Below are positions 35,936 through 52,770 of a DNA stretch of 64,000 bases, in pieces. The stretch is from Octopus vulgaris (taxonomy: Eukaryota), in assembly GCA_951406725.2 (NCBI GenBank), contig OX597817.1, forward strand, positions 87,668,001-87,732,000, in the 5' to 3' direction. How positions within the stretch are numbered: position 1 is the stretch's first letter; each line of letters opens with the position of its first letter. Made by a program: the position numbers and the translations under genes. The notes under the pieces are model-generated. The model worked only from the letters and a program-made list of their open reading frames with translations. It was not told the DNA's origin and ran no database searches.

Positions 35936-37551
35936 CACTGGGGATCGAGGTTTTTGTTGTCTGGTGTTGACGACATGTTTCCAAGAAATTCTTGAGGGGG
36001 GAGGGAGATGATATCAAAACTTAAATCTTTTTCCCTCTATCGCGTCAAGATTTTTCACACACCCAAATGTCCATTTTTCAACATTTCCAGTATTGTCATC
36101 ATTTCTAATGAAAGATTTGGCCAAAATCAAATGCAGATCCATGTATGGAGCTTGACAAAACTTTGACAACATAGTTTTTCAATGTCATTTAAAGTGAAAG
36201 CAACCACACAAGTGAAAACAGGCTATGATTCAGTTAATAAAAAGCATCAGACTTGAGCAACTTTCACTATTTTCAATGAAACCAATTTTAAATGTCATGA
36301 TGATGACAGAAAAGTTCTTTATACAAGTAGATGTTAATAAACTACAGATTTCTGTAGTCCTAGATATCATACATGTCTCATATTTGTGGAATTTGCCTGA
36401 AAATATGCTCACTCTATGCTTGATTTGTGACTACCATAGAACACCAGGCGAGACATGTTTTGTCAAACCTTTGACTATTTTTTATGAAAATTTCTATTTT
36501 GAATGCGCCCTTAATATTTTAATTGTGAGGTTACATGGGTCAAGGTCACTTTTTGTTAAGCATTGTCAAAGAACTGTTGAAAGAACGTCATGCCATGTAT
36601 GCTTTTTGCTAGACCAAATCTGCATTTGCTTACTTTATAACTGTTGATAATTCTGAAAATGCTTTTCTCAGATAACAACTAGATTGAATATGTCTGCTAT
36701 TTCAGAAATGTGGCCAGTTGTGAGAGGAGAAAATACAAAAAACAGCTCCATTGACTTCTGCCGTATTTGTGGATGTTACACTTTACTTAGGCAGCGAAAC
36801 AAAATCACAGATTTTGCCAAGAAAACTTACCTTACTTCTTTGGTATGAAACTGAGTAAACAAAACAAATCCTGGGCACCCCATATAGTGTGTACATTATT
36901 TGAAACACTGAAACAGTGACTGTTTTAAATACTTTAACAGAAAGTCATCAAATTATGAAGAACTTCTACAGACTTTGTTAATCAGTTTTCGAGCACTGAG
37001 CTGCAACATAAGTGTAAAAGTGCATTTCCTACACAGTCATTTGAACTACTTTTCTGAAAATCATAGTGCAATAAGTGATGAGCAAAGAGAAAGATTCCAC
37101 CAAGATATCGACACCATGGAGACTAGGTCTCAAGGCAGATGGAATACAAACAGCATGGCTGACTACTGATGGCTTTTGCAAAGAGACTATTATGATGCAA
37201 GTTATTCATGCAAAGCAACAAAGAGAAGGTTCCCTCCTTGAGTAGCAGAAGCTCCATTTTGATAAAAATGTCTATCCTAAGATATGTTATCGAATATTTT
37301 GTGTAATATATTTGTTAAACAATAAAAAGTACAATTCGGTTTGTATTACTTTCTTATTGCCTTTAATAGTTTGTTTTACTTTCGTATTGCATTTAATGGC
37401 AAAATTGACATTTTTTTGGTAGAAACATAATTCGTGTTTAACAAATTGAAAATTCCTGAGGGCATTTCTGAACCCAGCACCACCAAATTAGGTAGGACTA
37501 ATTGTAAATAGCAAACCAGCAGTAATTCTTTTTCGAAAATGTTCTCCAGTG
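35936..37551 (+). mobile_element. Internally deleted Chapaev3-like (CMC) DNA transposon
   Basis: Termini taa|CACTGggga ... ttctcCAGTG|tta. Peptides FCRICGCYTL...QNKSWAPHIVC (N-terminal Zn finger) joined to KVHFLHSHL...SDEQRERFHQDI...QGRW...MADY (C-terminus). Confidence 0.75.
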
Positions 37552-37559
37552 TTATCAAT

Positions 37560-37763
37560 AAAATAATAAAAGCACCTGACCAGCCCTATTACTTTCGCAT
37601 GAACAATACAGCTGTGTTTATTCAGAGAAGTAAGCTGTAAAAAAAAAAATTACTTTATGTGACAGAAGAAAATTGGCTGTAGATTTGAAATCAGCTTGCC
37701 AATTTTAGTCTACATCAAGTGAAAAAACAAACTGAAAATTATATTCAAAACTGTTGCCCTGTG
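37560..37763 (+). mobile_element. Orphan right end of a second Chapaev3-like element
   Basis: Subterminal atttgaaatcagc...aattttagtctacatc and terminus tgttgccctGTG resemble the 37551 end. Confidence 0.55.
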
Positions 37764-39066
37764 ATATCAACCATCTTCTTCAAGGTATGCGATGTCTCTT
37801 ACTCGCACTCGCCTAATGCTACAGAAATCAGAATTAAATACCAATTTTTGTGGTTACTATGAGATTTTAAAGAGATTCATAAATTGTTGTTTTCAGTGGA
37901 GATCTACGAACATACATACGTACGTACATATATGAATACATATGCATACATGCGTATGTGTGCGTGATTCTTCAGTGAATAGAATGTCACCCTATTGTCA
38001 CAGCCAGTTGCAACCATCATGTATAATTTGTATAGTAAATACTATAATGTTGATATGGTTATATATTAATTTTACTTGTGGCTAACCTAGATGGGTTTTT
38101 TTACGAAGTAGATGGTAAATATCAAGTCTGTTATTTGTAGAAGATTGAAAACTTATTTCAATCTTTCTTTCCTTACAATTCGTTTTACTTTACTCAATAT
38201 TAACAAAGTGGGCGTGGCCCAAACTTCATTGGAAACGGTATTGTAAAGATTGCAAGCTCAGTTTTTTTATAACAACTGAGGAAACTTCGTTAAAAGTAGT
38301 TCTTTTTTCTTATGTTTTTTTTTCTCCTCAGTATATCGATTTTTAGTGTAATGACACTTAAATAATGTTGGCCAATAGGCAATTAACTACCAGACAATTC
38401 GTATTTTGATCTCAAATATATTGGATATACTTATGATCATAACACTTTGCAATTTTATTCAAGCAGCTGAAAAAAACCTCTCTACATTTATTACCAATGA
38501 TTCGCCCGCAATATATTGTTCGTTACTTTTAGTAATAAGTGCTGATATATTATTGACCATTTTTAAACTGTTAAAAGAAGATTGGTGACATACAAAACAT
38601 CACCATAATTGTGTTTCTTTTACCACATTCTTCCTTGCGGGTATTGAAATATTATTTATTTTTTATTTTTTATCACTGTGGATTTTGGTTAAATAGTCAC
38701 GTAGCCTTGATTTGTTTCATCGCCTCATATGAGAATGTCTGCTTACATATAAGATATTTTTGAAGACGACGATCTTTCGATGATTGAATAACTCCCAATG
38801 CAAGATAATCGAGAAAGCACTGACGACAAACATTTCTAGACATGATGTGAAAATAGCATAGAAAATAAGAATAAGAAGAAAATGAAAGAAATTCGAGCTG
38901 ATTAGAAAAAATGTAGAAGGGGTGGGGCTAATGATAGAAATATGCTCCATAGGTATACAAACATTCTCTCTTTCTCTTACACACATGTCCGCGCACACAC
39001 ATGTGTTTATGTATGTGTATGTATGTTTAAGGTTGAATACTCAATGCATTAAAGTATGTATACATA

Positions 39067-41441
<2,375 letters not shown>

Positions 41442-41642
41442 TTTTTAAATTTTCACCTAATTTCTGAATTACTACTACTTGGCGGTGTGAGTTATGGCTG
41501 CTCTTTCTGGTGGACGAATGGCCTGTTAAGGTCACTCCTAAATTGTTATATTTATATATTTAGTCGTTGACTATTTTCTCTTTTCCACTAGGCCGCTGGT
41601 AGCGATAAATTTCTATTGAATTTTTTTTGCTACCCTAAATTG

Positions 41643-42844
<1,202 letters not shown>

Positions 42845-43034
42845 TCACACACCCACATATAAAGGGAGACTAACAAACACACACGTACATAGATACACAC
42901 ATACATACTTATATGTATATATACGGACAAACACGGATACCTGCTGCAAGGAAAGTCAGAGTCGTCATATGAATTTGAACTTTTAATGTTTTGATTGAAT
43001 ATCGCAATGGAAATCATAAATTATGTACAAAAAA

Positions 43035-45290
43035 TGCGCTAATTCAAACAATGCACTATTCAAATCATATGCTATTATAATATACAAGAATATTATTCTT
43101 GCGGAGAGATCGTCTTCACTCTTTTATAAATTGCTATGTTGCTTATAAAGTTTTACTGCTACTACAACTTGACTCTTTTCCTCTCTACTAAAAGCAAGTT
43201 ACAACAAATTTTGCAACGAACGATGAGATTACCCAAAGCTACTAAGTATATGATGTTAATTATCTGAAAGGTAACTGTAAATTTATAATTATTTTGCAAA
43301 ATAATTCTAACATTTACGAAAAATTTTGATAAAACCAATTGCGACGGAAAAACAGATCAACATGTTGATAACCGAAGAATTGGGGGCCGTTTTGAAGCTG
43401 TAACCATCTCAATTCAAAGCGGCTCAGATGCGGCTGGTTGGGGCATTGATCAAGCAGATGAGAGCTCAGTCTTCCAATCAAGTCACTGATTCAGTTTCCA
43501 TCGTCACAATTACAGACAGAATCACGGAATTTTATCACGATCCTGAAATCGCTACTCTCTCTACAGTCAACTACAGTCAACACAACGCTGCAATCGATCA
43601 AATCGGGTGCACGGGGTTACATTTCAAGTTGACCCGCGGAAGCAGACTCACAGTGAATATACAAAATGCGGATTTTTCAGGAAGTGAGAGTTGTATGAAT
43701 TTCAACTGTGAATGTTTTGGATTGATCATTCCTTTCTACTATTTCACTAGAAGACAAACCTTATACATAAAAAAAGAGAATGAGTTAACCCAAACAATGG
43801 ACTATTCAAAGCATATGCTATTATAAAATGCAAGGATAGTTCTTCTCGGGAGGGTATCTCCACGCTTGTTCAAACGGTGTTATCAATTGTGAGTTGACCT
43901 TGTTAAGTAGAAATAATTGTTATTTATTGTTGAAGGTTTGTTGTTTGAATTTGTGTCAGTGTTCATTTGAAAACTTTTGTCAACTGTTCTGTGCTGCTTT
44001 GAAGCAGCTAGAATGATGCTGTATGAAGATTACGGCTCTTCGGGGCTTTCTTCTTTGGAGGAGGGGCGGGTGAATGCAATTAAGAAGATATACGAAAACC
44101 TGGACAAAAGGAAGAGCTACTCAAATGCCACGGAAGTAGGAAAGTCGACATAATGAAATTGTAGAATTACAGGAAAATGCTGCATAGAGAGGATGATGAT
44201 GTAAAACTGTCACCCCCCACCCCCCGCAAGGAATCTTAAAAGGAATAGAAGAGAAGACTATCATCTACAAGGTCTATTCCATAGAGGAAAAGAAGATAGA
44301 GGTAATGCCAATAGAAAAAATAGAAAAATCACTAAGACCAATCTAACACGATATTACATATCTTTCCAGGGGAAACAGATTTGGGGTGGTGGAGATTCGC
44401 CTCAGAGAGGCAACCAAGGCAAAGCAAATTTCGGTGACCCCGTTGAAAACAGTAAGTGTGGTGCTTCTACCCACTCGCGTACCTTGGAAGGAGGGCTTCC
44501 GGGGTGGGGGTAGAAATTGAAGTGGCATTGGTAGCAGCTGCTGTTCTCCTAGGCAATGACAACGAAATAGCATTCCTCCAGGCCATTAAGACAGAAGCAA
44601 TGAACTAGAAGGGACCGACGTTAGACTTAGTTATCCAACGACCGGCGGAGAACCTAGAAAAAATGGTAGAGACGATAACGGTCGGAGATACGGTACTGAC
44701 AGTCAGGGTGGAGGGCAGAATTCCGCGATGCTTTAAATGTAGCCTAAAAGGTTACATTAGAGCGAACTGCCCTTCACCAACGGGGAGGAACCAAGAAAGA
44801 GCACAGGAAGTAACAGCAGAGAAGGATATACCAACGGAGGAGGTGAAAGATGATGTTAATGCCAGAAAAGCAAAAGGAAAGAGTAGAAAGATATAAAGGT
44901 GGGTTCAAGGCGTGGAATGTAAACAAACATAAGCAATTTGCCGGAAGAAATATTATGCACGGATCTCACAAGAAACAGCAAAATAGACATTCTAAAAGGA
45001 ACAGTGTTCAAAGTAGAAGGAAGTAAGTGAAGTTGCTTGGAGTGGGGCGAGTAACTTTATTCTCACTTTTCATTCATGTTTTGTCATTCATGTTTTGTCA
45101 TACGCTTTTCCCCTTTTTCTCTATTGTTTTGTGTCCCCACATGACCTTGTATTGTCCCCTCTATGTTCGCCCCTAATGGGCAATAAAAAATCAGGGTATC
45201 TCCACGCTCTTTTTGTTGCTTATAAAGTTTTGCGTACTACTTTACTCGCTTCTCATTAATAAGCGACCTTTCTTTCAGCAAGATACAAAA
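43035..45290 (+). mobile_element. Internally deleted Gypsy-like LTR element; 3' LTR interrupted by an insertion
   Basis: Diverged direct repeats at 43035-43206 (TG...ACA) and 43781-43866 + 45209-45290. Degenerate PBS (tttgcaacga) after the 5' copy; purine tract aaaaaaagagaa before the 3' copy; gag-like ITEFYHDPE between. Confidence 0.65.
43867..45192 (+). mobile_element. ORF1-only L1/Tx1-like non-LTR element with 16-bp TSD
   Basis: TSD agggtatctccacgct at 43851-43866 and 45193-45208. Decayed ORF1 with VRVEGRIPRCFKCSLKGYIRANCP knuckle; 3' hairpin gccc-ctaat-gggc followed by AATAAA. Confidence 0.8.
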
Positions 45291-45599
45291 CATACATACA
45301 CGTACGTACCCGCACATGCGTGCAGACACATATATAAAAATGCATGTATGTATGCATGTATGTGCAAACACTTTACGTCTTCCCTCATGCACATCTATTG
45401 ACATATAGAAGGTCTGTCTTTAAAGAACCGAAACTGTTAAGACGCCAACCAACCAGCTGATGCGGATTCAAGTGAAAGCGGAAGTTTAAAGAAACGTTTG
45501 AGGTTTAAGAGTTTGTCGTTAAGTTTACATCTCTGAATAGATACTGTGATTGGCGGAAAGGGAAGGGAAAACGGTAAGTTATGGTCATGTTTGCTGTCT

Positions 45600-45812
45600 T
45601 TCTCTTCTCTTCTCGAGTCATGTCTATTTCCATGGTGTGTAAATTCCCCACATAGACGGGACATCGGTCCATAGAAGGATTACTCATTTTTGCCAGCTGA
45701 GTGGACTGGAGCAACGTGAAATGAAGTGTTTTCCACAAGAACACAACGCATCGCCCTGATCAGGAATCGAAATCACAATCTTACAATCACTCTAACTACT
45801 AAACCACGCGCC
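45600..45812 (-). mobile_element. Family B SINE
   Basis: actcatttttgccagctgagtggactggagcaacgtgaa matches 485-530 and 63372-63410. Confidence 0.8.
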
Positions 45813-47759
45813 CCATTACATATTTGTTGGTGATATGTGAGATCAGGGTAGCTATGGAGGTCCAGTACGATAAGTAAGGTAGAAGCTATGGTAACAAAAT
45901 ATATGATAGCAGAGATACGATATATGTTGAAGAGGAAGTTAGTAGCAGCAGGAGAGTGTACAAGAGTTTAGTACCTAAAAAACACTGGGAGAGAGATTTC
46001 GGTCTTAGAATGTGAAGCTTGTGGAACTGACGACTGCAATTTGTATCGTTGAGGTGTTGGAAAACTCCTTTCCAGAAGACGTCTGCAAAAACAGTTTTAT
46101 TACACCATCTGTCAAAGCTGGATAGTATATTTCCAATATGTGATTAGCTCCCATCGACCTCAAAACCCTAAGCTCGATGAAGTCTCGATCTACCGATGAC
46201 CCTAATAGCATCAGGCTATACTACCTGGAAGAATTGGAGAATAAACAACGTAATGAATCGGGCACTAAACTATAGACAGCCATAACACGACTGTTGAAAC
46301 TGACCCACGTGTAGCTGTGAACTGCTGTGTTCCATGTTACCAGTCATTGATAGTAAATATCTTCGCCTAGACACGTTATAACATTGATAACGATAACATT
46401 GTCTTCGATGTTTCATACAATGTGCAGCCATTCATACTGTAATTAACATTTTAAGGCATGTCTTGGCAACATACAAAATGATATAAGGGTTGTAAAATAT
46501 TTAATATATTCTGTACATGCCTTTTGCAAAAGTCCTTCTCTTGAGCAACGTTTGTCCTTTCTTTAAAAAGTCGATAAATAGACTGGGTAGTGAAGGTGCA
46601 TTCTTGCGACAATAGTTTTTGGCAAGAATTGTGAAATTTTAGATTATCTTTTATAACGTTTGAAATTCTTGCAAGGTGATATGTCACTCACAGAACACAT
46701 ATAATATCTCATAAAAGAATATAAATAAATGTTTGTAATTTTGTTCATAAAGCTAAAATAAAATGGCAACTAAATTTTAGCTAATAAAATTAATTTTCGA
46801 TATTTTTTTCTGAGATGACTAGTTTTCAAGAATGCAGTAAATTTTGCTTTTAATTATATAAAGTAGCTCTATATTGTCTGTAATTAAATGGTACTGTTTT
46901 TAACGTCATCTTTATTTCTTTGAAAGCAATTTATATTTTGTCCTATGTGATATTCTGAATTTATTTACTACGTTTTGTGCAGTCAATCAATGATAAAAAT
47001 ACCGGACGATGCATATCACGGAATTTAAATAATATTCAGTTGTGCAGAATTGATTTTTAACAATTATCGTGGGGACAAAAATAGATTTTAATCTTATAAA
47101 ATTCCACTCATCTATCTCCATGAAAAATAGAAAAAAAAAGGTTCAAAAGAAACAAATCATTAATGCTATGTGAGGGTGACGATGAGGCAGAAGTGGCAAG
47201 GAGTCGAAGTAAATGCATAACGGAATTTACTTTCGTTCCATTAGGTTCTGAAATTAAATTCAGTAGGAATCAATAAAATAAGCATGTTACAGGCTTTGTG
47301 TAACAAAAACACTCCAGCAAAAAACAACTTTGTCGTATATTTTCTCGATAATAAGAATAAATATTATTTTTAGCTGAGTATTCGTTATAAATAATAAAGT
47401 AGCTGGGTGGATAATGTAGGAGTTAAATTATTGTCGAGTTTATTCTGCAACCTAAGCGAAAGAAAAAATGCAGTGAATGTCACATAGCCATTATTATAGA
47501 ATTGGCTCTTGCCAATAACAATTTAGGATACACAGAATCAATAACAATAAAGGTGGTTATCGTATTTATAATGCCATCCTAGTCAATAACCAAACATGTA
47601 GATGTTACCCGATCATTATTATTCATTTATTTTAAGGTACAAAAAATTTAGAGTGGTATAAAGTTGTTAAATAGTTATTGGTAACTACATTCGGTGGGCT
47701 GTTTGGTGCGTGCATAATGATTATACTAATATATGTTTCCATATTTTTATTATCCTGGA

Positions 47760-47958
47760 ACATAAGACTAGTAATTTCGGGGGAGAAACTAAGTTGCTTA
47801 CGTTGACTCTAGTGCTCAACTGGTACTTACTTTATAGACTCTGGAAGGATGAAAGGCAAAGTCGACCTCAGCGGAATTCGAACTCAGAACGTAAAAACGG
47901 ACGAAATGCCGCGAAACATTTTGCCCGGCGTCCTAACGATTCTGCCAGCTCACTGCCC
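47760..47958 (-). mobile_element. Family C tRNA-derived SINE
   Basis: Reverse complement of the ctggcagaatcgttag...gagttc.aattcc...gaggtcgactttgcctttcatcc head and body seen at 49561. Confidence 0.85.
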
Positions 47959-48489
47959 CATACAGTTTCATACATACAGAGTACAAATTAAGCAGAAAGA
48001 ATTCGAACCCATATCACAAAGCTGACTGGCATAACCTCGAGTAGCATCTCAGACAGTTCTAGGCAGAATAATCAGAAAAAGCGAGAACACGTGTCATGGA
48101 ATTGAGTGACATAGGTCCGTGTACGCCATAGATTGTACCGTAAGTAGAGGATGGTGAGAATATGTCATAGAGTCGAACGACAGGGGTCTCAGTGGACTTT
48201 CGGATGGCTCTACTTATTATAATCTCGTATTATAATCTCAATGGAAATTTTTTTAAGAATTCGATCAGACTGTTTGACAAGAAAAGTCCTATTCACTGAT
48301 CTGCTTGGTCGAGCCGTTTTCGCACAGGCATTAATACGTTTTGTGACAATTTTTTCTATAAGTCTCTTTGCCTTTTATGGCAATATGAAGTCCATGGTTC
48401 TGAGCCAGGGAACCTGATTACGATGGTTCAAAACTCAACAGGAGCCTCGCGGCATTATCGCAGTCGTATGGAATAAGGATTATATATAT

Positions 48490-48683
48490 ATAATTTTTTT
48501 TTCTAAAGAAAACGAGGGTTTATCTCCCTGTTAACGATATAAACACGAATGCATTTTATTACCAAAAGCCAATAGGAGAATTTCTCTCATGGAAACTACT
48601 GCAGTATAGTTTGTTCTAACTGAAAATCCACGTTTTTAAGTGAGGATAAATGTTACCTCTTGGTATTATTACTTCCCCTGTCG

Positions 48684-48734
<51 letters not shown>

Positions 48735-49080
48735 CAAGCTCACTGGCTAATCGTGATACCAGCACCTGATCTGGTTCTGTCAATCTGTATATATATTGCT
48801 GGCGGGTGGATAAATCGCTGCTGCCTCTAGCGATCGGGTGTCCATCATTGACAAGACCAAAGAAGGTCGAATTCACGCGATCTGGTGGTCTCGGTGCTGG
48901 AGAGGATTTATCTTCCCTTAGCGATATAAACAAGTGTACATTTTACACCAAAAAGTTAATATGAGAGTTTCTCTCATGGTAACTACCGCGGTATAGCTTG
49001 TTCTAATAGAACTTCCACGTTTAAGTAGGGATAAATAATCCCTCTCGGTATTAATTACTGCTTCTGTCACTCATATATAT
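48490..49080. repeat. Two diverged ~180-bp direct repeats of an unclassified (TA)n-anchored element
   Basis: 48511-48690 is similar to 48901-49080 (gatataaaca...tttctctcatgg.aactac.gc.gtatag.ttgttctaa...ggataaat...ggtatta); each ends at a TA run. Confidence 0.7.
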
Positions 49081-49560
49081 TAATTTCCAAATGATTTTGT
49101 AAGTGTGAGTATAGGTGTCGAATAATTGATTGAAACTATCTTCAAAACATATTTGGTTCTTGTTTCATGTATTAGCTAGATATGAAGGGTAAAACTGACT
49201 GCAATACAATTTGGAACAAAACTATTGCAATCCATCGCTCTTTCATTGCGTTACTTTAGCTATCTAAAATCTTTCCATCTTTTCCAAGTATTGTGTTATT
49301 TATAGCATGATCTATTGCAGTAAGTGTGAAGAAAATGAGAAAGAAATTGAAATTTCCGTAGCCAAATCGATAAGCTTTTAATTGTGCATTTTCCACAATT
49401 GTACTGTGACATAAATATGTGTCGTGAGTTTGGGTGGAATCGAGTTGAAAAATGGCAGGGTATTTCTAGAACAGCTCAAATGTTTTATACACCTCGGTAT
49501 TGTTTTATGCACTTGTGCCCATCTCGACTTTAAATCAATTTCAGTATTGTTTGTTTGCAT

Positions 49561-49945
49561 AAGGTGGCGAGCTGGCAGAATCGTTAGCACGCCGGGCGAA
49601 ATGCTTAGCAGTATTTCGTCTGCCGTTACGTTCTGAGTTCAAATCCCACCGAGGTCGACTTTGCCTTTCATCCTTTCGGGGTTGATTAAATAAGTACCAG
49701 TTGCGCAATAGGATCGATATAATCGACTTAATCAGTTTGTCTGTCCTTGTTTGTCCTCTCTGTGTTTATCCCCTTGTGGGTAGTAAAGAAATAGGTATTT
49801 TGTCCGTCTTCACGTTCTTCCGCTGAGATCGACTTTGCCTTTTATCCTTTCGAGGTCGATAAAATAAGTACCACTTGAGTATTGGAGTCGATGTAATAAT
49901 TGACTTGTCCACCCCTAAATTGCTGGCCTTCTGCCAAATTTTGAA
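49561..49945 (+). mobile_element. Family C SINE with Tx1-like tail, followed by a second SINE body
   Basis: Head and body 49561-49730, tail 49735-49792 similar to 45142-45192, then the body restarts at ggtattt. Confidence 0.85.
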
Positions 49946-50869
49946 ATCAATATTGCTTGTTTGCACAATCAAACTTCTAAAAAGTCTGCGGTGTGCTGCA
50001 TCTGCTTATCGACAGATCTCTCTCTCGAACAGTTCGCTCTTATAAGTAGACTGGGAAATGCTTATCTGTTGCCTTTGCTTTTCAAACCATTCTCCCTCTT
50101 TGGAGTGGTTCTTCCACTGACTTCCCGGAGTAAAACATTTAAAACTGAAACAGAACCGTTTCAAAATCTTATTGCTGCAAGACACTACAGTATAGCGATT
50201 CTTGTCCATAACAACCGACTAAACATTGTTGTGTTTCATGGCTTTGTGATTAAAATGTTCGCATAGCAACCTGGTTTCAAGTTCATTCCCACTGCACTGC
50301 GCCTTGAGCATATGTTTCTTTTTTTATACATCATAGCTGCGTGTTAACCAATACCTTCTGAGGGGATATTTTATCGACAGAAACTGTGTTACACACACAA
50401 TGCATTATTGAAAGTTTAACTGTAACACGAAATCCTGTCACGCGAAATCAATTTTACTATTGCTTTTCATTATGTAAAATGAGATGCGTTTCGATGGATT
50501 ATTTGAAAAAAAAGCTACATGATCACTTTTATGTATGAAAATAAATTCCTAAAAATAAACAATACAATACGTAAAAAAAAACTTTTGTAGAAAAATACAT
50601 TAGGGAATAAAACTCCTAATATTGTAACAGGGTATGTTCTAACTACAAAAGCTGTTGGCTACTGTGTAAGGGTGATAGTGGAATGAAAGCTACTGTGAGG
50701 ATGAAAGACACCATCTTAAGTTTATCGTTAATATCTGCTTCAACGATGAAAAAAATTGATGTCTACGGATATCAGATCTTTCTACAACTCAGTGTAAAAA
50801 CTGAGCTCATTGTTAGTTCTTGTAATTTTTATATCACGTACACGATTAGGGTTGTTACCAATAAAACTT

Positions 50870-52250
50870 GCTGATTCTCCTCAGTAAATGCCAACCCTTA
50901 AGCAATATTCTTGCAGTCAGTTTAAGTGGAGTTGGTGGAATTTCCGTATTCTTATTTGCCTTCTCGGCTTGCTCTTGTTCTAACAGCTTCTCATTTGAGA
51001 AGCTTCCTAGGTCACTAGCCACTCAACTTCAGTCTATGACTTCTTCAAACACTACATCGTTTATAAGTATCACGATATCTTTCTGAATATGATCTAGACT
51101 TTCTGCATGGATAATCTGGTCATATATATTTTCCAAGCCACATTTAAGTTGAGAGTTTCACTTCATCACATGACTCACCACAGAATCCATTATGTTGAAC
51201 TCTTCCAGAAGTCTCTTAATCTAGCCGTAGGTTTAACAGCCTTATCAATTGCTTTCATAAGTTGTTTAAAAGTTCTCAGATAATAAACCTTGAAGTAAGC
51301 CATCATATCTTGATCCACTGATTGAAGCAAAGAAGTTGTATTCATGGAGTTATATTCTACCTTCATGTTATCAGAAAGCTCATTTAGGTTCTCTGGGCGG
51401 GTTGGTGCATTGTCAGAAATGAGTAATGCTGTGTTGGAAATATTAAGTCTGTCGCTCTACCTTTCTATAGCAACACGAAAATATTTTAAACCACTGTTCG
51501 GAAAGGCTTTTAGTCATTCATACTTTCTCAGTAGAACACCAAATTTTCAGTAACCCTTTCAAAGCCCTTGGATTAAGCGGTACAAGTGTGTAGGGTTTTT
51601 ATTTCATACCATCAGTGGCATTTTCTCCTCGTCAGACGATTTTTGGAAGCCTTAAATCCTGGTGTTAATTTTTCTCCGCGAGAAATCAAAGTAATAGCAG
51701 GCATAATCTTCCAGAAAAGTACAGTTTCATGAGCACTTACTCTCTTAAGTAACCCCCTTCGGCAATCCTTTTCTTCAGCTCCAGCGGATAATTAATAGTT
51801 GCTCCCGTCAGCACTGGTAGTTTCATAAGTCACTGTGCAAATTCAGGTGTTTCTTAAACCTTTTGAACCAGCCTTTACTAGCTAGAAAAGGTAATCCATA
51901 AGTATTTTCACCTTCCTTTTTCTACAAATGATCACAGATTTGTGGATTTCATTTGAAATACCGCCGTGATACATTAAATACGTAGATACATTACATCAAG
52001 TTTTATTCTTGGTTTATACACTCAAGAGCCGTTCCATTTTAAGCATCACATTAGCTCTAGGAAAAGTAAGATCCACGCATTTAATGGATTAACTTCTTGA
52101 TCACTTAATTTTTCTTCTATTGTCCCTTATTGATTCCACTGTAGATGTTGCAAGCTTGAATGTTTTGGCAATTTGGTTGACTTTTCTTCTCCCCATGAAG
52201 CCTTTTTAAAGCCTCAAATTTAATCTCCATGGTGGTCCCTTTGCACACTA
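50870..52250 (-). pseudogene. Tigger/pogo (CENP-B-like) transposase remnant
   Basis: TMEIKFEALKRL (HTH), FLASKGWFKRFK, ET.LFWK.MP...PGFKASKNRLT, DNAP..P, NTTSLLQSVDQ...FKVYYLR. Confidence 0.88.
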
Positions 52251-52339
52251 ATACCTTCAGTTCCACTTGATGTTTTCTTTCAAAATGTCTTGAATTGTAA
52301 GTAAATCTGAAAGATGTGGTGATTAGCAACAAATATCTT

Positions 52340-52524
52340 TTACTAGTTTCAGTCATCAGATTGCGGTCATGCTGGGGCATCACCTTGAGGGGTTTGGTTG
52401 AACAAATTGACTCCAGTACTTTTCATTTTAAAGTCTGTTACACTTTCTATCAGTCTCTCTGTGCAGAACCGCTAAGTTATGGGGACGTTAACACACCAAC
52501 ACCAGTTATCAAGCCGTGGTGGTG

Positions 52525-52563
<39 letters not shown>

Positions 52564-52720
52564 ACGTGCGACGACTTTCAGTTTCCGTTTGCCAAATCCA
52601 TTCACGAAGCTTTGGAAAGCCCGGGGCTGTAGGAGAAAACGTTTCCCTAAGGTGTCACGCAGTGGGACTGAACCAGAAACATGTGGTGGGAAGCAAACTT
52701 CTCACGACACAGCCACGTCT
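52340..52720 (-). mobile_element. Family A CORE-type SINE, full length
   Basis: Reverse-complement match to 16491-16872. Confidence 0.85.
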
Positions 52721-52727
52721 GTAGTAA

Positions 52728-52770
<43 letters not shown>

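Noticed and set aside
46040-46450. Possible mariner N-terminal fragment
   Set aside because: Similarity too weak to support by eye; no TIR found.
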